The notes beneath the pieces were generated by a model, which saw only the letters and a list, made by a program, of their open reading frames with translations, did no database searches and had not been told where the DNA came from. A program made the position numbers and the translations under genes. This document shows, piece by piece, positions 57,993-64,000 of a DNA stretch of 64,000 nucleotides (its first letter is position 1; each line of letters starts with the position of its first letter). The DNA lies in assembly GCA_905178155.1 (NCBI GenBank), contig CAJINV010000001.1, positions 14,942,142 through 15,006,141 on the forward strand. Direction: 5' to 3'. This stretch comes from Amoebophrya sp. A120. Lineage: Eukaryota; Protista; Dinoflagellata.

Positions 57993-60760
57993 TCATGTTC
58001 TGTTCAGACGCTCCCTTTGTGTGGTTTCTGCCGCCTTCTTTTCGTGCTTTTGTTTTTGTTCTGCGGCATCCGGGCAACACAAGTCTACACTACAGCGTAG
58101 CTGGGGCGGTGTCGTATCCGACCGCTCGACGAAATTCCATCCGATCCAGCACTTTTTGTCGCTATCGGGAATGCGCATCAGCGACCCACAGACGGTATTC
58201 ATGGCAGCGTTGCACGTCGTCTTCACACCATCGCGCGCCCTCTCAATCAGCGTCTGCAATGGAGTCGTCGCCACGTCAAGACATTGCCTGGTAATTTTGT
58301 GTTGATAGTCCACACGACTCGGACCATTTATTTACATTGCATTTACGACGAGTCGATCGAGAAGTATATCATCAATCATTGCGGCTTTACTCTCACTGCG
58401 AACGGCGCAGACAAATTCTGTGGCCGTAACAAGATCTGATCATCTAGACGATGTCCTTCTAGACCAGGTGGATGCTAAGAACGTAGCAAGAAAGCATAAA
58501 AAATGAGTTTTATTTATACCTGTAGAGTCCGGCGCAATTGGCGGCTGGGTTTCCCATAGCTAACTGGCAACTCGCCCCCAGTCCGCCCGTCGCGGAGGCG
58601 TTCCAAGAGTTCGCATCGAAAAGCTGACTGCAGGCGTGGTGCGGCTCAAGATCATTGGCGTTGGTAAACGCGTAAATTTCGTAGTGGAAGTCCTCGGCGA
58701 TGCCCCGCACCTCGTCCCGCCGCGTTTTCACCGTGAGGTGGATCGCGCGCGGATCCAGGTCGTCGATCTGGATCACGTCGATGGACCGGAGGTTGCTAAA
58801 CAGCCGCTCACTGTTGGCGCCGTACCCTTGGTTCACATCCACCGCGTCCGCGGGATCCAAGCCGCCCCGACCAATCGACTCGTACAGCTGGTCGAAACTC
58901 CACTGGTACGCGAAAATTCGGCGAATTTTGGTCGGATCCTGTTGGTCCTCCGGGTACTTGCGCTGCAGCATGCGAATCGCTGCCCCCAGACCCGTCCCCT
59001 CCACCGTCTCACCGCTGGCAAGAGCGAACCGCGGCCGCCCGGCGTCCCCACGATCCCCCCCGCAGCAAGACTCCGAGGAAAAATCGACGTCCCCGTCGTA
59101 CTCGCCAACCCTGGATTATGGGGATACGAGAAACAAATAAAAATAGATACCCCAGCATCTTCGGCAATCACACAAAAATATAACCGAAATCAAAGCTACA
59201 CGAATTTGGTGCCCACTCTCTGACACCGTTTTGCTTTTGCTCAAAGCTCACATGAATCGGCGGGCGCGAGAAAATTTAAATTTTCGTATCAAAAAACAAA
59301 GTCAGAGTATACACGTCCACATCAATGGATGAGCCAAACAGTAACAAATATTACTGCAGAACGTCAGCCGCGAAGAATTTCTGCTCCCACTGATTGAACG
59401 GCGCCCTGGTTTTCTCGGTCCTCATGCTCCCCGTCTGATTCACAAACATTCCGTATGCCAGAGACTTCTGCGTTCCCGGATACGAGAGCAAGTGCGGAAA
59501 GGTTCCGTTGTCGGCGTACGCCCGAAGAATTGCGCGTTTGAGCAGACCGATGGAAGTCTTCGAGTTCCATTTCCCCCCCTGCGCGTCCACCAGCTCCATG
59601 CGCACGCTGGTTTTCTTGCGCCAGGCGGGGATGCTCACGTCCATGTTGTCAATGCTGGCGCCCGTGTTGTGGCCCTCGTTGCGCTCGCTGTAGTTACTGG
59701 TAAAGTCAAAATACACCGGGATCACCTTGGCACCCGTGAAGCTGGAAAAATTCGCGCTGGGCGGCGCGTGTTTGTCCGGATCGGCCGCGGCACCGAGGTA
59801 GGCGAACTGCGGCAGGGCGGTTTGCTGCGCCCACCGCAGCCGCCCCATGTCCACGACCGTGCGGGACAAGGTTTCCTGCGCCGCCAAGTTCGCCCGGCAC
59901 ACGTAGCGCCACGCGAGGTTGCGCTTCGCGTCCGGGTTGCCGACCGGGAGGGACGCAATTTCCGCCGGCGCCTTCGAAAGCACAAATTGCTGGACGTTCC
60001 AGGGAAGGTAGGAGGCGTTCGGCTCGGACTTGGTGACGTCCCAGACCGTCACGTTGCCGCCCGACGCAGCGACTGCATCGGCAACCAGCTTTTCATACCG
60101 GTCCCCGATCGCCTGGAGGTACCCCGTCATGGCGGCCGGAAACGCGGCGGAGGTGGTGCGGAGCACGTCATGCAGACTCTGGTCGAATAGCAAGGCCTGC
60201 ACGAACCAGGAACCGCCATCCGAACTGCCGATGCACGTGTTTTTCACCAGTGAAGCGACGGCCAAATCCCCACCCCCGATCGCGTTGGTGAGCCCCCGAA
60301 AGGCCTGCGCCGCCCCGAGAAACACGGCGTGGCCACCGCGCCCGAACGCGAAGGCATCGAAAAACTCGCCGTGGTTACCGTCTCCGTCGTTGCCGATTTC
60401 CACCTCCTCATTGTTGCAACAGTCTGCGCAAGAGGCGCTCGAGTCATCCGCCCCAATGGTGTTATTCGTTAGGGGCGCATCATCGGCAAAGGTGTCGGAC
60501 GCCATCGGAATCGCGATCTTTCTTTTGGTGACGTGTTCCAAAAAGTTGTTGTTTCCGGCGAGGTCGACATCCGCGGAATAAACATTCTCTGCTGCTCCCG
60601 CACTTCCCGGTGCGGTTTCGGTGTCAACAACATGCGCTTCATGTTCTGTGTTCAGGAAAGTGATCCCAGCGACTTGCTGGTTGTGATGTCCTGGCAGGAG
60701 CAATAAAGCAACAGAGAAAAGCGCTGATTGCTGCAAAAAGAGTGAATCTAAATGTACCAT
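57993..60760 (-). CDS. Secreted patatin/cPLA2-lysophospholipase-like protein, probably catalytically altered, 3 exons
   Basis: Signal-peptide-like N-terminus; AFAFGRGGHAV and IGSSDGGSWF occupy the positions of the SGGGxRA and S-G-G-S-W motifs. GT-AG introns 59111-59354 and 58288-58519 keep the frame; the 3' end is less certain. Confidence 0.7.
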
Positions 60761-61627
60761 ATTGGAAAAAGGAATGCGATGAAAAAATTTGAATTCTTAT
60801 GCAACTTCGTCAGATGATCTTGCCAGAATGAAGGGAAAACTGAGACGAATTTCGAAGTTTTTCCGTGAAACAGTACGTCTCATGTATCAACGCAAGGTCG
60901 TGACGCGATGTAGTCGTGAAAAGAGAACTTACTAGATGTGGTACCTGTACCAACACAGCCTCGACCGACTACCAGAAAGGGAATGAGTAAAAACCGACAA
61001 TCGATGTGGTCTAGGAAAGTGTTACAACGGAAATTTTCCTACCGAGGCAAAAGAAGATGGAGTACCACACCGACACAGAATTGCAGCACACCGACTGTTC
61101 CGCATATCAAGAAGCTTCCGACTGCGCTTCACACTCGTAGCGACCGACATTTTCAGAATCGACAGGTATACATGCAGCTCTGACGCTGAGGGAGCCACTG
61201 ACACATGAGCGCAGAGGCGAATGAAGAACCGTTAGCAACCGAAGATGTAGAAATCAGAGATTGACCAGAAAAGAGACCCGAACTCGTCCGCGCAGCTGAC
61301 AAGAATTTACCGTCGTCGCTAGAAAAAAAAACTGTTTTGTTTTTACCCTGGCGCAAAAGCGTTTCATGGCCAGCACAATTCGGTTTCGGTTTCGAGATTC
61401 TACGTAGCGGTCTACGGCATCGACCTCAGAAGAAATGTTCACCTCGAAGAAAATAAATCCGGCATTTACGCGACCTCTTCCAACGACGGGAGGCTCTTTG
61501 TCATCCATATCGTCTGAAAGAATCTTCGAAATGCATCAAGATAACTAGTTCACGAGTAAAAGTGCTAAAGTTCATATTTTGGTTTTGCGCAATTCATCGA
61601 TAAAACGTTGGCTGTGGCGAGCTGGTG

Positions 61628-63259
61628 CTACAGTGTAACGACAAGAACTACAATAAAGCACGTCACCGGCACTGCGACGAGGAAGAGCAGTGGCTTCCAG
61701 ATGAGCACCAGTAGTGACCAGAGATCGGCCAGGAAAAGAAGCAGAGAGAACATGATGAGCCACCACACGGACAGGAGAATTACTTCGGGTTTCTGCATCT
61801 TGCGCAACAAATACTCGAGCATGGTTTTCTTCCTTCTCTTCTTGTTGTTACGCGCGGAGTTGAGGGTGGTCGTGCTGCGCGCGCTGAGGCTACCGCTTGG
61901 CGGCCGCATCAGCCCCGGGGTGCCTGCGGGTAGCAAGCTCGGATCGGAGTGCACACCCACGTAGTTGCCCTCTCCATCGTAGAGGTGGGAGGAAAACAAG
62001 CCCGCGTGCTGCCGTCGTTCGCGATGCCGGGCCCGGTTTTGCGCCAAGGACGGTGCCTGGAGGAGCGGCTCCTCGACCTCGTTGCCCACCTGGTACAGTT
62101 GCAAGTGGTTGTAGTAGTAATTGTAGGCTGCCGGATGGTGTCCCCCGCCACCGTGGTCGCCGCCCGCGCCGTTTGCTCCGGGCACGGGGGCCGGCACGTC
62201 CGCTGGTATTCCGCGACTGGACGGCGGCCCCGTCCGCATCTGGGAAGCCTGATGAAGGTCCGGTGTGGCCACGCCTCCTCCTGCGGCTGAGACTGGATTA
62301 TTTTTGAAGCCGTTCGACGCAGCATATGCGGAATCCTGGTGCGGCGTGTGCGGTTGACCACCCGGCACTGGACCAACCGGCGCTCCCGCCGGTTTGCTGG
62401 TTTGTTTTGGGTACGGGTAGGGCTGCTGGTGGTGCTGCTGGAACACTAGATTGCCGGTGTTCATGGTCGGTGCGTGGGGGGTATTGCCGTGGTTGTTTTG
62501 TTGCGGCGCAGGTGGTCCGCTGTAACCAGGCACAGGAGCAGCTGCTGTTCCAGCAACAGGGATGACGTTCTCCCTGAGTTGAGTCGTCGCCGGTGCTGGT
62601 GGCTGTTTCCTGTGGTCAGGCAGTGCTTCGTCGTTGGGATTGTGCTTTGTTTCCACGACTTGGTTGAACAGGCCCGAACCTCCGACTGGTTCTTGCCCGG
62701 ACGTCGCCATTTTTCTGGTGTCCCCGCCACGAAAATTCGCAAAATCTTGGAGTGACAGTTCTGTGTCTGGAAACAGTGTGCTGCTAGCTTGTTCTTGGTT
62801 CACTTTCGGACTGATGTTGTTATCCACCTTTTGCAATACCACGCGGTCGTCCGTGACGGAAGGTGGTTCGTCGTAGGACGCAGGCGAAGCTTTGTTTTCC
62901 GACGAACTCGGACTAGCGCTGGGGCTCGGTGAGACGGAATGTTGATCTCGTCCCCCACCGCCAGCCGACAAAATGCGCGTACCAGGCCCTGTGGCAAAGT
63001 ATGTTGCCGAGGAATTGTTTCTTGTGCTGCCGCTCGCGGTGTCGCGTATCTCCAGACTTGCGACCGCCTCCGGGCTGCTCAACGGCGACCCGGGCACTTC
63101 GGTTGTCTTCGAGGACCCCTCTTCCCCGGAGGAAGCGGCTGCAAACGGCGGCCCGAGCGGGTCGGAGGACGTTGCAGTCAGGCCCTTGATGTTCCCTTTG
63201 GAAGATGCAGTAGCGGCGGACGTAGGCACGGCGGGAAACAAAACCTCTCCGTCATTCAT
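61628..63259 (-). CDS. Low-complexity protein (543 aa) with C-terminal hydrophobic hairpin; paralog of 53344-57039
   Basis: Intronless S/P/Q-rich ORF ending RRKKTMLEYLLRKMQKPEVILLSVWWLIMFSLLLFLADLWSLLVLIWKPL...VVTL. Confidence 0.85.
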   Translation of the reverse strand: MNDGEVLFPAVPTSAATASSKGNIKGLTATSSDPLGPPFAAASSGEEGSSKTTEVPGSPLSSPEAVASLEIRDTASGSTRNNSSATYFATGPGTRILSAGGGGRDQHSVSPSPSASPSSSENKASPASYDEPPSVTDDRVVLQKVDNNISPKVNQEQASSTLFPDTELSLQDFANFRGGDTRKMATSGQEPVGGSGLFNQVVETKHNPNDEALPDHRKQPPAPATTQLRENVIPVAGTAAAPVPGYSGPPAPQQNNHGNTPHAPTMNTGNLVFQQHHQQPYPYPKQTSKPAGAPVGPVPGGQPHTPHQDSAYAASNGFKNNPVSAAGGGVATPDLHQASQMRTGPPSSRGIPADVPAPVPGANGAGGDHGGGGHHPAAYNYYYNHLQLYQVGNEVEEPLLQAPSLAQNRARHRERRQHAGLFSSHLYDGEGNYVGVHSDPSLLPAGTPGLMRPPSGSLSARSTTTLNSARNNKKRRKKTMLEYLLRKMQKPEVILLSVWWLIMFSLLLFLADLWSLLVLIWKPLLFLVAVPVTCFIVVLVVTL

Positions 63260-64000
63260 GATTTTTGAACAACTGAGTTGAGGCCTAGAGCAGAATCAGC
63301 ATACTTTCGATAGACATCTCTCCAATACTCGCTGGATCTCGCCACAGCGAAAGAAATTCAGTGCTATTTTCGAACAGGTTCATCTCCTGTGCCTGTGGGT
63401 GATTACATAATCACGAGCCAGAAACTGCTTAGGAGTGAAGGGCCGTTCTTTCTTTCCGTTTCCATACGATCAACATCGGGAAGACAAGTTTATTGAACGA
63501 ATGCAACAGGGTGATGCATACCAACAGTGTGGTGCGACGATAACGTAGTTAATGAGGTGCGAATAACAATAATTCCTAAGCATAACTAAAATAATTGTCG
63601 TAGTCATTGTGAAAAATATCGACTCATGCATTATCATCAAAAAACAGTCATATTGACATGGGTGCCGCCAGAGCTCGCGGCTTCACCGCCCTGTAACTAC
63701 AGAGGCAACGGTCAGACGCGAAAGCATCGGAATGGGGCATGGATGAATGTGCTGGTACAGCTAGGTAAGATGCTGACATGTTAAGTACGTCGACACCACA
63801 GGCGAGAGCTAGCATGCACGTGCACAAAATCAAAATCGGGTAGGCAAAAATCAAAATCGGGTAGGTGGGAGCTGCATAAAATTTTAGTATGTTCGAAATG
63901 CTGCGTAAAAGAGCCACCTGGCTGAGAAGTGCATGGTAAAGTCTCTCGTCGCTCGTGGACGTTGTTCCTCCTCTCGCTCTATATCTTGACAGATCACTCG

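Noticed and set aside
1-64000. Selenoprotein gene or autonomous transposase in the window
   Set aside because: No reconstructed gene needs UGA read-through, and no ORF shows recognisable DDE, RT or recombinase motifs.

Overview
This is eukaryotic, intron-containing, gene-dense DNA. I can reconstruct about 18 protein-coding genes plus the RNA genes, and all of them lie on the minus strand. That co-orientation, the AG|G acceptor bias, the short introns and the non-canonical introns with terminal inverted repeats suggest a parasitic dinoflagellate of the Amoebophrya/Syndiniales type (inference). Recognisable genes: a GST, RPL6, SCO1, a KH-domain RNA-binding protein, a HAD phosphatase, RPL5, a Pumilio/PUF protein, lipoyl synthase, a FUN14-family protein and an ABCC transporter, plus several orphans. 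Main results not visible in the ORF track: (1) five introner-like elements inserted in coding sequence that follow one rule (TAT...ATA ends, long TIRs, 5-bp target duplication, a shared internal TGTNATGC motif) and must be spliced out, mostly without GT-AG; (2) a complete tRNA-Sec gene nested in sense orientation inside a protein-coding gene; (3) three paralogous box C/D snoRNA-like units in the GST intron with guides complementary to LSU rRNA-like sequence; (4) GATC clusters upstream of both ribosomal protein genes; (5) a four-exon mitochondrial membrane protein gene; (6) two apparent pseudoenzymes and a candidate 2.3-kb mobile element. All exon structures were derived by hand and are not transcript-verified.
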